Positions 1 through 13,846 of a DNA stretch of 64,000 nt are shown in pieces (positions within the stretch are counted from its first letter, which is position 1; every line of letters begins with the position of its first letter). The notes under the pieces were generated by a model. The model was not told the origin of the DNA and did no database searches. It saw only the letters and a list, made by a program, of their open reading frames with translations. Source of the DNA: Sphagnum compactum (lineage: Eukaryota). Location of the stretch: the NCBI GenBank assembly GCA_965153455.1, contig OZ234494.1, positions 3,224,001 through 3,288,000 of the forward strand, in the 5' to 3' direction. The translations under genes were made by a program, and so were the position numbers.

Positions 1-2100
1 CCAAATGAAAAATGAAGCTTTTCATCAACTTATTTTTTATGAATGCCATTCTTGAAAAACAAGAATCATTTTCCACAAACCCAAGGAGTTGAATACATGT
101 TATCTTGGTAAGCTTTATGAATTTCAAGAGCTTCATGCTTGAGGATGGTAAAACTACTAAGTTTGGCCCAATATAGTTGAATGATAGGGTTTAGATGATA
201 TTTTCTTTTCATGACTGCTTCACTATTTGCAACCATTGTCATTTTAAAGAAAAAGTATTGTAAATCCAAAGCATGGTCATCAAGTAAAACTTTCACCCAG
301 CCCCATCTCTTTTGACCTTTGAAAGCCCACAATAGGCAACCATGATGATAGGCGTGCAAGTGCTGATGGAAAAAATCTTTAACATCAATGAAGTGATCAA
401 CCCAAAAATTTGGGTAGATCATAGCTAATATTAACATGAGTTTGTGGTTCAAGAATCTATCATGTAGTTCATGGACAAGTGACTTGGTAAAATCTTCACA
501 ATTTTGTTTCACATGAATCGACACCAAGGGGAAGTTTAACCTTAATACAACTTTGAAATTGCTTGTTGCAAGGCAATGTTATTTCATAGAATATTTAACA
601 CCAAAAAATTTATTAACAAGGTAAGCAAGTTCCTCATTGTTTAGGTCTGCACACTGACTCATTGGCAAATTTTTATTAGTGAACATCTTAAGACTATTCA
701 ATTCATCAAAGGTTGGGTCAAAAAAATTACTATAAGGATCATTGTAGAAATGGTGGAACTTTAGTTGGAAGATATTCATTGTGTCAATAAAATCAGACAT
801 GAAGATGTCCCAAGATTAGGCAAGTTTAATCAAATCATGGACACAATCCAAAGTGGCAAAATTGTATGTAAACCTAGAATGGGCGAGGTTACAAAGGAGG
901 CTTAAGTTGTTATTAACAATGTTGTTTTGAGGTGAATCAACATGCATTTTTGCAATTTAAGATTGGTATTGTTCCATGATGTGCTTCATGGGAAACAACA
1001 TACTTATCCATCTTGTTTTCACATTTTTGAACAATGTGTTTCATTTTTCTATGAACACATCACATAACCTTTGAAATTCTAGAAATTTTTTAGGCAAATG
1101 AAAAAAAAACCCATACAAAACATGAAGGAAGGTTTTGAAGCAAACCACCAAAGTCAACTTTGATAAGACCAACATTGCCAAGTTGATTTGGGTGGGCCAA
1201 ACAATGCTCTCGCATAAAATAACGTCACATTCTTTTTCATCTATGTAAATCACACCGACTTTTGCACTTTGAAACACATTGTTGCCATCATAGCCCATTG
1301 ATATGAGCTTTGCCCCCAATCGATCAACATTCAAACCTTTATATGTAACCATCACACTGACCATGAAATGAAAAACATTCTCAATGGTCCCTTGCACACC
1401 AATCTTTTCCACACAAATTAGAAGTGGAGTTCATTTCCACCTTTGAACAACAAACAAATGAATGGATCTTAAAGGTGTCTTCAATTGCAGTGACCTCCTC
1501 TACATTAATAAAGAAGAAATTTGCAACATAAACAATATTTCAAATGGAATTCAATAAGTATTCATTCATGGACTCCACTATACCTTAATTTGCAAAATCA
1601 TTCCAATGTTTTTTAGGAATGTGTTTGACTTTAAGCACATTGAAAAGTTTTTTTAAACCTTCAAAATTAATCATTGGTCGACTTTGAGACAATAGATGAT
1701 AAATTGAAACAAATGAAACAAATTTTTTTTTCTTTTATTGTGAAACTTCAACAACAACTAAAATCCAAAATTGAAGGACACTTAAAGATTGTGTATATTC
1801 ATTCATTGCATGCACATTAACATTTAGGGTTGAACTAAAAAACCTTACTTCAATGTTAGCATTTAACAACCTTGGCTTTATGCCTACTTACATGTTTCAA
1901 CATGTTTTTAAGCTTAAGAACCATAAGCTTTTCTTTGCCTTTTACTTCAAAGTGAATTGCACAATGTACCTACTACACATTACCTTTGGTATATGTTGCA
2001 AATTTGGCCCAAGGTAATTGTGTGGCCCATTTGTTTTGGAAATGCCTTGATCCTTTATGAATGCGTTTCCTTTTCACTACCACAAATGGACTTACAAAAA
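1..2100 (-). mobile_element. Degenerate hAT-superfamily (ZNF862-like) transposase remnant, truncated by the window start
   Basis: Broken minus-strand frames give transposase-like fragments: EVKGKEKLMVLKLKNMLKH (~1890-1950), KLISMGYDGNNVFQ (ORF 1041-1412) and VHELHDRFLNHKLMLILAMIYPNFW (ORF 66-527). A shifted IQLLGFVENDSCFS (~55-95) resembles the hAT dimerisation-domain VQVLGSVEDERCFS motif. Many stops and frameshifts. Confidence 0.75.
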
Positions 2101-5100
2101 ATTCCATTAGATCAACAAAAACAATTTAGAAAACATCCCATTCAAGACCCATCACAATAGCTTCAACATCAACAACATCGACAATAGGGAAGATTGGCCT
2201 AAACTTGAAGGTTTTCAAAAGTGATAGAGGAGACATTGTACTAAAGTGCACATTTTGCAATGTGTAGCTTCTTCCCAAACCCAATAACAAAGCACCCAAT
2301 GGCAACTTGCAAAAACTTACATGCACACGATGCATGATGCATATACACAAAAAAACATAAAAACAAGAAGAAGGTAATGTGTGCACCTCTAAGCAAAAAA
2401 AAAAAACTAACTTTTAACTTCTCAATTTTGATATTGATTGTCGATTTGCACACTCTCACCTCCCAATAATTCCAAGTCCCAAACTAACAAACCAACAATG
2501 ACTACCTCCAACACAAGGTCTTGGAAACAATGTAACCCCCAAATTTCTTAATAAGTATTAAGGATTTTTTCACCAAACTAATGGCCTCCACCATCAACTT
2601 GAGTCTTGAAGGTTCCAGCATAGTTCCAATTTCCAAATTGCACAATGCAAACAACAAACACTTCAAAAAAATTGATGGCACTTCTACAAATCTACCAATG
2701 TCCATAATGACCTAGCTACAAAAACTCCTAAACCCCTACACAAAACAATTACAAAATGAAACGGAGCTATCATCACATTGGCAACAACTTGATGTGAGTA
2801 AGAGCGGAGGAAGCAAAAAAACTCATGGGTGAGGACAGTTGGAATGGTGATGGTGACATGAGGGGTGGTGCCACTATGTCGTTGTTTGAAACCCTAAGTT
2901 TTGGCAATTTTTTTTAAAATAATAAAAAAACCTTAGTGGGTCAAAATTTAGGTAGCCAGTTGGTGATTTTTAGCCACAAAAAGGAAGGCTGCTCCACATA
3001 GACTGGAAAAATTCTACCAGCTCTTTACAAAATATAATCGGTACCATGAGCTTGTTATGCACCAGGGTGATTTTGGTGATCAATTGGTTGGCCTGCACTC
3101 GTGATTCTGCCACCAGATTGGTTTGGTTCAATTTTGTGCTGTTTTAAAAAGAATTGATGTTATGGGCAAGTAAAAATTGTTTTTTTGTTGGGAGCAAAAT
3201 TTCGCTTAATATTTCGACATTAAAATTTGGGAAATTTTGGAGAAATGTGTTTTTCTAGTGTAATTTTGACTGATTTTGCTATGTATGGGGAAAATTGCCA
3301 AATTTTGACTTCACAAATATGAAAAAAAACACTGATCACAACCTTGAAATCAATATAACAAACAATAAAAAAAGACGCTTAGGGATCCACTCATGGATGG
3401 ATGGATGAAAGGATATATATCTATACATAAATTGATGGGTAGATGGGGTGGATTGATTTTGGTCACCACAGCAGGCAGGCATGACCAGCAGACAGAAAAG
3501 GAAGGGGGGGGGGGGGGAATGGGGGGTAAAAATGACAAAATGTTTAGGAAGCTGTGTCAACAAAGCATTACCAGTTGTAACAGGCAGGCGGAAATAGCCC
3601 ATAATCTGGGCCCAAGAAAATTACGTCAAAAGAATGCGTCAGCCAACAGACGTCACAGTAGGTGAGTAGTGATATAACCCGGCCCATCAACGGCCGATTA
3701 TGTAGCCACCGACCATGAGAGCGTTATGCACCAGCCAAAACTGCGTTGCAGGGGTTGGAATGGGCTGCTGCCACGTAGCTAGTTGACGAATTCAGACCAA
3801 CAATACCACCCTCCTCCTCCTCACCAATCTGTAAAAGCCAAGTTGAACGTGGGCTGTCCACCTTTCCCCCCCCCCCCCTCTTTTATTAATTAATTGATTT
3901 AATGAGTTATTATTTTCACCTTGGCTAAGCACTGACGGGGCCTAAGGTGTTCTGGACTTTTTTTTTCTTTTTTTTTTTGGTTGTTTTGTCAAGAATTCCA
4001 ACTGTCATTGAACTAGCCAAGCCGATCATAGTGTTGTTGTGTGGCACCCGAATCCGTTGTTGATGCACAACAGTTTTCGTCCACCTGCCAAAAAAAAAAA
4101 AGGGGAGGGGGGGGGGGGGGTGCTCACAAACAAACATTCACCGCACAAGAGTGGCAAAAAATACTGTTGTGAAAGTTAGGAAACATTGCCATTTGTTCGG
4201 AATGCAACCTTTTAAAAGGAGACTTACATACGTACATTTTCAGTTCAGTTCAATTCGTCGGCCTTTCATGCCCCCAATCCCAGTCAGATAAAAAAACCGG
4301 CTTTCATCGACACCTTGGCCTCCTCGGAAGGTGGGGAGGACGAGAACCTTGGCATGGCCAAACCTTGTGTTAAAAGCCCACACGTAAGTAAACTTGCAGG
4401 TTACATAATATATATATATACTTGTACGTTAACTCTCTTGCTCTCTTTTAACTATTGCATAATTTAATTGCTCTTTGACCCTAAATTGTTGGTTTTTTTT
4501 TTTTTTCATTTAACCAAAAAAAAAAAGCTAAAGGAGGAAATTTTTTTGCTGAATGAGTACATTTTACACTGAAAAAAATGCATTTCTTTACATTTTTTTT
4601 CTCAAAAAATAGCAGAAATTTTCCACCCAATAAAAAAAAATCACTTCCTCCACCTTATTCTATTCGATTTATGTATTAATATTTCAACGCTAGTCCTGAA
4701 TTAATATTTCAGGGTTGGTTTTGAGTTCTGATGTGTTTCGTAACGGCGCTCCTAGAGGAGCTTGAGAAAATGAACACCCAATTTCAAGCCTTCCCAAAAA
4801 AACTGCCACAAGTTATGGAGAGATAGTAAATTTGATTTGTTCATACATGCCAGTTTGGTTGATTAGATCATCAAGAAGCAATGTTGAGAATAAATTACAC
4901 ACTAAAAAAATAGGGGAAAACAAGATAAATTATAGAAATTTAAAGTTTGGTCAAAACACCCCACCCAATGATTTTTTTTTTTTCTGATTCTTTAATTTAA
5001 AAAGTCAAAAAATTTTAATTTTAATTTAAAAATGATTTAAAATTTGAAAATTTTGAACCCTATTAAAACATGGTAGGATAAATAAATCAATATATTATGT

Positions 5101-6054
5101 AGACAAAGATCTTAGCCAATGGTTTCCACATATGCAAGATCAAAAGCCCAGGAAGAAACACGTGACATGATTTTGCATGTTGAAAGCTTACAAGTGAACC
5201 TTCCAAACTTGTCAATATTATTTTTTTTTTGGGAGAATGGATAAGGCCATAGTCTTGCCACATCCCACATATGCATTCCCCCGCATAAACAAAGCAAATT
5301 TTTTTTTATATAAATACGAACTGGGCACACTTCCCAAGGCCCCATTCACATGGGCATCTTGATTCCATATTTAACATCTGGCAAAACTTGTACTATGGTA
5401 AGCAAAGAAGGCCATTGCCTTTTTTGTATAGGGCACAAAGTTCCATACTATAAAATAATACATAAGTTTTTGTTGTGTTTCATTTGTATTGTTGTCATAT
5501 GGAAAGAAATTAGTGCCTTGTTTCTATTGGAACAAGTTTCAATAAGATCCAGTAACCCTTTGCTTTTGGGTTTTATATAGTATGAGGAAAAAAATGTCCC
5601 TTTGGTCAGATTCGAACAAGTTTCATCAATATCCACCATTGCATTTGGGTTCATATAATGTTAACAACAACGGCGTTGGTGGTTGCGTGGGAAATGGTCC
5701 CTTGGCTCTCTCTATTTGGATCAAGTTCTGATAAGGTACACTTGCATTTGGAATTTGTATAATGTCAATTGCACATTGTTTAATAATAATGGGCTCTACT
5801 ATTGAATCAAGGTTATACAAGATCTATTGTTGCTTTTGGTGTCTATTATATAGTGCTGTTGATATATTGGGGAAATGGTCTCCTCTGTTGCTCTAGTGGA
5901 ACAAGGCTTGTTCCACAAGCTCAAGGGGTGCTTACATAGTAAACTAGTATAGAGTTAACATGGTTTGAACCCAATCTCGAGACCGGGGATTTGTCAGTCA
6001 TCAGAGCCATTCCTTGTTCTCCTCTTTGGTGAGCACGTCATAAGATAGTCTCCA

Positions 6055-6360
6055 CCAGTATTTTTTTTAATTTCAATTTTTTTTGATATAGCTAAATTGG
6101 CAAATCATTCACAAGAAGATATAGCCAGATTTGGCTATAGGCCAGATATGAAAGTAAAAAAAATTAATTTAAGAGTCCTTTTTATATTTTTTGGCTACCT
6201 GCTGGAACTTTGTAGAATTCTAGCAATTAAATTTTAATTCTTTTTTCAAAACCTGGCAAATTAGGAGTTTATTTTCAATACAAAAATCCTTTGAATTTTG
6301 TTGAAGTCATAATTTTTCAAGTTGCAAAAACTGGAAAAATTCCACTTAAGAAAATGATGG
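6055..6360. repeat. Copy of a dispersed non-autonomous repeat (core TAGCCAAATTGGCAATCATCC-ACAAGAAG-TTTAGCCAAA)
   Basis: Related segments recur at ~3190-3335, ~6700-6900, ~19700-19960, ~35010-35100 and ~61130-61478, in both orientations. Several end in poly(A)-CACTG or start with CAGT-poly(T). Confidence 0.6.
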
Positions 6361-7616
6361 TAACCCACCTTTGGTCTCTCTCCCACAAAGGTGTGGAATG
6401 TAAACTTATTAAAATCTATGTAGATGTAAAAAACTTAAAATTATGCTTGGAGAGTCAATTTAAAAATTCCAAAAACAGCCCCATCAGACCACCTTATAAT
6501 AAACCTTTAAGGGGTAATGGAGAGCCAAAAGTGATGGTGGATAGAAAGAACCTTTGGAGTGTAAATTTGTTTTTCATTTAGGGAAGGTTTAGGGGGTCTC
6601 GAGGAGTGTTGGTTTTTTTTTTTTTGGGGTTTAAATTTCACATCCTGCTGAGACAAAAGACAGCAAAAGTGACTCAAACAAAGGCCTCTTCTGTTGTAGA
6701 GAAAAAAATGGCTCAAAGTTGTCACATTATGAGGGAATTTTTTTTTTTTTTTGGGGGGGCCAGATTTAGACAATAGGTTCTAGTATGTTGCCAAAATATA
6801 GTAGGATTTTCTAAACTTGTCTACTTTCCTCTTTCACCTGTAGCCAAATTTGGCTAAATCCTGATAGCCACACACACACCACCTACTTCTTCACAAAATT
6901 GAAAGAAAAGAAACATTGGTCTAGGACTCGTGAGGTCCTAAACTGTGTATTGTGTACAGGCCCCTTCCTTATGCTGGTGGTGGTGGTGGCTGGAGATGCT
7001 CTTATTTGTAAATTGTTATACTGCATGAGTGCAGCATTAAAATTTGAAGCAATGGAATCCATTGCGTCACCAAAGATGATGTCATCTGCAGCACCCACCC
7101 GTCCACAAAGTGTAGACAAACCAAAAACACAGAAGAAAAGAAACAACACCAAATTCATGAAGCGAGCGAGCACTGACAAAATTCCTGAAAGGACGCACCA
7201 TAATCTAGGAAGCAGGAAAGAAAAGGATGAGATTCATTAATTTTGGAGTTTTTAACTTTTGTGGGATATAGCCGAGATGTGGAGGATGCTGCTGCATTGA
7301 GTAACTCTTGAAAGTTTCTGCATAGGCCAAATTACAAAGGAATTGGTCTCAGGACCAACAGATCCCTGCAATCTATCTGTGTGATGATGATGAGGAGGAG
7401 GATCAGTTTCAGTTTCAACATTAGCTGCTTTTTTTCCTGAAGTTCTGGAGCAGCTACAAAGTTTCTGAACCAAAGCTTTAAAATGTATAACTTACAAGAG
7501 ACATGTTTTCGCAATGCTGCTTTTGTTGTTTTGTTTAGGAGCCACAACTTCAGCAGACCCCACATGATAAGCCATTGGCACACCCCCAAGCTAAGCTCTC
7601 AGTGGTAGAGGCCCAC

Positions 7617-8337
7617 TGACATGCCCTTTGGTGTGAGCTAACTCACTTGAGAGGTGGGCTCCATGCTTCAACCACCATGGTGGTGAGTGAGGCTTCAGCA
7701 AACATGGTGGGTTGGGGTTCAGCTCCCCAATCCATCTTATGAGATTGGGCGAAGGGGTGTTTGGGACAGAACTTGGAGCAAGTCAGGCTTGTTCCAGAAC
7801 CAACATAGTGCACGTGTTGGTTCTTAGGGCAACATGTGGTTGTCCTAGGGTGGCAATTGGTGCTGCCCCAAATAAACCCTTTGGGGCAACTTGGAGTTGT
7901 CCTGGGGCGGCACTTACTGTCGCTCTAGTCTCTTGAGTCTTTCGACGTCAAACGAAAATGCTTTTGTTCTCTCTTTCAGTAAGCCAGAAGCTTTGCAGAA
8001 CATAAAACTCCCTATATTTCCTTCCCTTCGGGACATACTTAAATGTTATCCCGGGAACAACATTTAGGAGTTGTTTGGGACATTGCTTGGTGTTTTCCTA
8101 AGGAACATGGGAATGCCATCAACATGTTGTCATAGTGGCTTTAAGAGAATTTAGGATAATTCATAGTAGGTTAAGTTTGAGTCTTGTCTTAATGAATCTA
8201 GGTAGTTAGTGAATCAAGTTTAGATAAGTTGGAAAGACTGAAATTCACCTTGAATGTCGTGGGATGCACAAGTAGTTAGGAGCTAAGAACCTGAGATAGT
8301 GTGGGAGTGTGAGAAAACAAACTAAAGGGCCATTATA
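7617..8337 (+). repeat. 5' LTR
   Basis: Colinear similarity to 10791-11302 plus 11919-12120, e.g. CAACATGTGGTTGTC.T.GGGTGGCA.TTGGTGCT.CCCCAAATAAACCC and CTTGTCTTAATGA...CCTTGAATGT..GGGATGCA...TAGTTAGGAG. Confidence 0.75.
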
Positions 8338-10790
8338 TAGTTAGTATCAAAGCAAACACTTTTGAACTTGTTGTTGTTGCATATCCAACCAACCTTAAGG
8401 TCATAACGTTGACCATTGAGAGGGGATGGAATGGGTTTGGAAGAAAGAATTCATGTGAACACTTTTTAAAAAAGGGAAAGTATAAAAACTAAAATTTGCA
8501 AGGACAAAGTTAATGAGGTCAAATTGCCATCTTTTTATTCAAGTGACAACTTGAACTCAAGTAACATGAACGGACCAAGTGATAGGGCAAAAGCCTCACC
8601 CAAAAAATGTTCATTTTAAGAGAAGGGATGGAAAACCCTTAAAGTGGAAAGAATCTGCAAAAGAGTTTGCAATTCACAAGGATGAGGAAAAGGCACTTGC
8701 TAGGATGAAGGAGGTGATGATGGAAGAGATGATGGTGGAAGAAATCAAATTGGAAGATGAGTTGGATATGATGGCTAAACAAAAGGCAAGGGCCATTCTG
8801 AAGCCACCACCTCCAATGCCAAGACTCTAATGTTGGTTGGAAATATGGCACATGTCTTGAAGATGTTGCAAATTATGTTGCTACAACAAATTAAAACCAA
8901 CAAGATGTTGGCTAAAACTTTGGTGGAGGTTTAAAAACCTAAATCCACAGAAGAATTAAAAGGGGATTCTTTCACAAAAGCCATCAAAATGTAATCCCCA
9001 AAGTTTTTCACTTGGAAGGATGTTTGCGCAAATAAAGTAAGGCAATAGGTCGTCCAAGTGAAGGTTTATTTTGAAAACCAAGCCATGGCAACTAATGTGG
9101 TGCAACTAGCATAATCCTTGTTTAAAAACCACACTCTAAAGTGGTGGATGGCTCAAAAGGACTTAGAACCTTACCTCATGAGCACTATGCTTTGGAATGA
9201 ATTGAGTAAATTGAATGAAAGGTTCATTTTTCATAATTAGACCCCCAAAGATGGGTAGAATTTTGAACTTGTGCCAAAGGAACAAGCTAAGGGCTTTGGT
9301 GCATTATGTGTAATTCTTGAGTGCCTTAAATTAAGTTTAATCCCCATGAAAGAGGAATGTGCCCACAAGATGACATTTTTTCATCATTTGTAGCCATAGG
9401 CCTAAAAGGGCAACCTCCAAAAGAATGAAGTTTTCAAGACTTGTTGAAAATGATGAAAATGGTATAATGCATGGAGGACGACTTTTCTTTTCGCAAGATG
9501 GGTGAAAGCCAAGGTGAACACCAACCCAAGATGAAAAACAACTCCCAAATCAATGACAACTTCAAAGGAGATAAAAAGAGGAAGTGAGAGAAGGGCCCCA
9601 CACAAAATTAGGGAACCCCAAAAAAAGAAATTTAAAGAAGACCTTATCAGAACAAAATATTTCAATTGCAACCAAGTGTTTCAATTATAACTAATTAGGG
9701 CATTTTGTCAAATATTAATTTATGAAGAAAGTTGGGATTAAATTAAAATTCAACATTCGCAAACCAATGGCCAAACATACGAAATCAATGAACTATTTAA
9801 TGAAGATAAAAGAAAAAAAAACTATTGTTGGGGATTTGATCTCATTGAGCATAAGCTTGCAATGGAAGTTAAATGTACCCTAACAACAAGGCAAACTAGA
9901 TGTTTAGGTCAAGTGCAAAGGTTGCCACTGAAAAAAAACATAATGATCTACCAACCCACTTGGACCAAATCTACCAAAAACGATGGAGAAGTTCAAGTTG
10001 GAAAGAAAGCACGAATTATAGTGAAATAAAATGCATAAAAGACACCCCAAGTAACTAGGTGCTAATGGGGATATCAACTTTCAAAAATGAAGGTGAAAAC
10101 TTGAAAAAAATTCAAGCTTTTGATGAAGCTAAAGGTGCACAAGTCCAAATTCCTAATTATCAAAAGATTTGGAACTCAAATTGTCCATAAAAATATTCCA
10201 TGGAAAAAGGAAGTGGATGGTTGAAGTGAGACGATAACATTTGATAAAAATGGATATTAGGAATTAAATTCTAAGGAAAAACTCTTAAGGGCAAAATTGG
10301 GGTAATGATGTGTACAAATTAAATGATATGCTTTTAAACTATGAATTAAGTATGTGGGAATGAAATTTCCAATGCATGGCATTAGAAACCACATCCTTAA
10401 AAGTATATTAGGTTTGAATTGTAAAAGCCCAATTCAACATTATTAATTGGCTTGTTTATTGGCTTATTCCCAAGCTTGGTGGTTGAAATGAAACCAAGAC
10501 ATGAATTGAAAGAAGGAAAAAAACCTTTTAATGATTGAGGAAGGCCAAGTGTGGGAATGACGCTAGATGAAATGTGAAGTTGTCATAAGAGATGACACAA
10601 CATGTACAAAAGATATGTAAGCTTCTTTTAATGTGAAATCCAAATTACTCAATGTGAAAGGACCAAAATTAAGAAGTTGTTAGCCCAAAATGATTTGTGA
10701 TAAAAGGTGACCAGTGAAAGACTTGTCATGACAAGGACAAAATGTTTAAAACATTTACAAATACATAGACCTTCAAAAGGTGGGGGTGAG

Positions 10791-12120
10791 TGACATGTTT
10801 TGTGGTGTGAACTAATTCACACAGGGCGAGCTCTGCACTAAGACCACCATGGTGGAGCACCAAGGTGGAAAATGATGATTTGGCCAACATGGCAAGGTGG
10901 GGTTCGACTCCCCAATTCGCCTTATAGGACCTGAGTTAAAGGGTTCAAGATGAAGTTTGGAGCAAGTTAGGCTTGTTTTAAAACCAACGTTTGTGTTGGC
11001 TATTGCAACAACATGTGGTTGTCTTGGGGTGGCACTTGGTGCTCCCCCAAATAAACCCATTGGGTAATTTGGAATTGTCTTGAAGTAGCATTTGGTGTTG
11101 CCCCAAATAAACCTTTTGGGGCAACTTGGATTTGTTATAGAATGAGAATTGGTGTCACTTTGTATTTCCCTCCCTTCAAAACACACCTAAATGTTGTGCC
11201 ACAGATAACTTAAGAATTGTCTTGGACAATAATTAATGTTATCCCATGGGAACTTGAGAATGTTGTCAACATGTCCTAGGAATGGTTTCAAATGAACTTA
11301 AAGGGCATATGCATGGTAAAGTCAACAACTAATCTCCTTGGCAGTCTACTTAACAAGTAAAAAGAAAATAATAGCAATATCCATCATAAACCATTTGTAT
11401 CTGGAATATTTTTAATTTCAAAAGACAAGATAGTTTTTCACTATTGTGCATTAACTTTCAAACTTCACATTGTAAAAGTAGGTTGAAAGCAAATTTCTAA
11501 AAATACAAGTATATTTTGCAATCTACTTTTCATTTACTTTTTACATTATGGACTTTTGTAAAGTACGTGGTAAGTAGGGTCTAACAAATAAAAAGTGGAA
11601 TAAACTTTGTATGGGGACTTTAGGAATACAATGATCTTTTTATCCTTACCTAGTATCAATATGTTTCATTGAATTAAATGTGTTGAAAGATTCCTCGGAT
11701 CACAATTTTACCATGTAATAAACATAGATTTTTTTGCCTACTTTTAGAATTTCTTTGTTTTTAATCTTTTGGAAGTAGATTCTTACAAATGTAATAGAGG
11801 CACCAAGGGCATTCTACCATATTGCCATCCATTTCAATGTTATTTTATTACATTTATATGCCCTACACATAATCAAAATGGAGACATTGATTTCTTTTTG
11901 TATACTATGTTTATGCCCTAAGGTAGTTTGTTATAGGTTAAATCCTAACCTTGTCTTAATGAGTTTAGATAATAAACAAATCAAGTTTGGTTAAGTCCAT
12001 AAAACTTGAATTAACCTTGAATGTTTGGGATGCATAACTAGTTAGGAGATAGAAATGCAAGGTAATAAGAGGAGCTCAATGAGCACAAGAAATAAAAAAT
12101 GGAGTTAAAAGGGTGTTACA
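10791..12120 (+). repeat. 3' LTR, interrupted by a ~616-bp insertion
   Basis: Homologous to 7617-8337, preceded by a polypurine tract, with TG...CA termini. Confidence 0.75.
11303..11918. mobile_element. PIF/Harbinger (Tourist-like) MITE nested in the 3' LTR
   Basis: Segment is absent from the 5' LTR. Termini GGGCATATGCATGGTAAA / TATACTATGTTTATGCCC are inverted repeats (14/18). Right flank TAA, left flank (T)AAA. Confidence 0.6.
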
Positions 12121-13846
12121 ACCAACAAGGCACTCCAATGGGTTCAAAAACCCTTTACCTTTTTTGAGGTCCTAGGTCTTAGAAAAAGGTTGTACCTTTA
12201 GACCATCACCCTTCACTCTTGGAGTTAAACACACAATTCCTTTTGAGGATATATAAAATAAAGATGTTCATATTTACAAATAATATCTATTTTTACATGA
12301 AGGTTAATAAATTCGCTTAATTCAAAATGGAACATTCTTATTGATTGAATGCTCAAAGTTCGGCCCTTTTGGCCATGTGGTCAAAATATTCAATAATGAT
12401 GTCATTGCCAAATTCTTGGGCTTTCTCGTGGAAAAAGAATGTTCATAAAACGAAAATCCAACTTCTTTCAATCAACACAATAATTGTATCATATATATAT
12501 ATATATACACACACCATCTTTGCCATTGGATGGGGAGGGGATGTGGGGAAGAATTCCTTTCTTAGGCTTGGGCTCAAGTTGGTGCAAGAAAATGCCTTGA
12601 GTGTGGTTAAGTTGGGTCACGTATTTTTTGGGCTCGGGGCATGATGTAAAGTGGACATAAGCTTGTTAAATGAACAACTTTTTGGACTAGGTAACCAATT
12701 CAAACACATAGGTGACTATGGATAGTTGAGGCACATGAAAGTCAAAACTAACCATGATAACCAACATGCTTGAACTTGTTACCAAACATAAATCCATTGT
12801 ATGGGAGAACCCTGCGTATGGGTTATGGGACACACAAGAATGTGAGTCATGAGGTTCAATCCACCAACCTCTTAGAACATATCAAATGGTGAAGCCATCT
12901 TCTTATGACAATTCATTTCATTCAAGAAAAAATAGTTGTAATATCTTGTAGTTGCTTTATGTCAGTGTAATGTTTGCTTGTTAGATTAACCACCTTCTAT
13001 TCTATCTTGGTTTTGAATTTTTAGAAAACCTCCTTTGTAATGGCTAGGATAGGAAGCAAATCAATAAATCATCCTAAATTTAAGTCTCAAGAAGGCCTCG
13101 TTTTGTATGACTTTCATCCTTTTCAACTTTGATAAGAATGGTATTTTTGGGTCGTAACTTTTAAAGATTGGAAAATAAATCAAACATTGAGATCCAAGCC
13201 ATACTTATTTATCTATGATTATTCGTGACTACTTTTCACAAAATTACTTAGTTAGTAGCATAACTAAAATATTATCCATATATTATGATGAATAATTAAT
13301 TATATAATGAGGAATTGCATTATATTGTAATTTCATTTAGAAATAATCATTATACAATTTTATAAATAAATGAAGTAGACAATGACCAACTCAGCCCTTT
13401 TCACCTGTAACAAGCAAAGAAAAGTGAACCAAAAAAAATTAAGATTTGCTTCTGTTTGACAATTTTTGAATAATTCATTTCTAATGTTTAAAAGAAGTTC
13501 AATATTTTTAAAAAATTCTATATTGCTCGATCCGTACTAAAAAAACATCTAGTTGATTTGAGTCAGAAATAAATAAATACATCTTTTGTTTGACCTTTTC
13601 ATTTTTACCTTTCCATTTGATTATGCAATGCCCTTCAATTTAGAATTTAGTATTAAAATAATTCTTTGAATTATTACTTAAATGGTTTTTAATGAATAAA
13701 TTGTAGTGAGTGATTTCACGAAAATGTCAATGAAGTGTTTGGTTGATGGATAGTAGAATCTTGGAATTTCCTTGCCATAAGAAATGACCGTCCCTTTATA
13801 TATGTTATGAGCCACATGATTCAACTCTTTCTAAGGAGGTCCTCAT

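Larger units (their letters stand above)
7617..12120 (+). mobile_element. Degenerate non-autonomous Ty3/Gypsy-like LTR retrotransposon (gag remnant only)
   Basis: Two homologous LTRs both start TGACATG..TGGTGTGA.CTAA.TCAC (7617 and 10791) and end AAGGG..TTATA/TTACA (8337 and 12120). A degenerate iMet PBS TAGTATCAAAGC lies at 8342-8353 and a purine tract AAAAGGTGGGGGTGAG precedes the 3' LTR. Interrupted gag motifs: PKFFTWKD..VRQ*VVQVKVYF, SLFKNHTLKWW, LNERF (~8990-9230) and knuckle remnant KYFNCNQ (~9655). Confidence 0.8.

Noticed and set aside
7612..12125. 5-bp TSD for the LTR element (CCCAC vs ACCAA)
   Set aside because: Only 3 of 5 bases match; not used as evidence.
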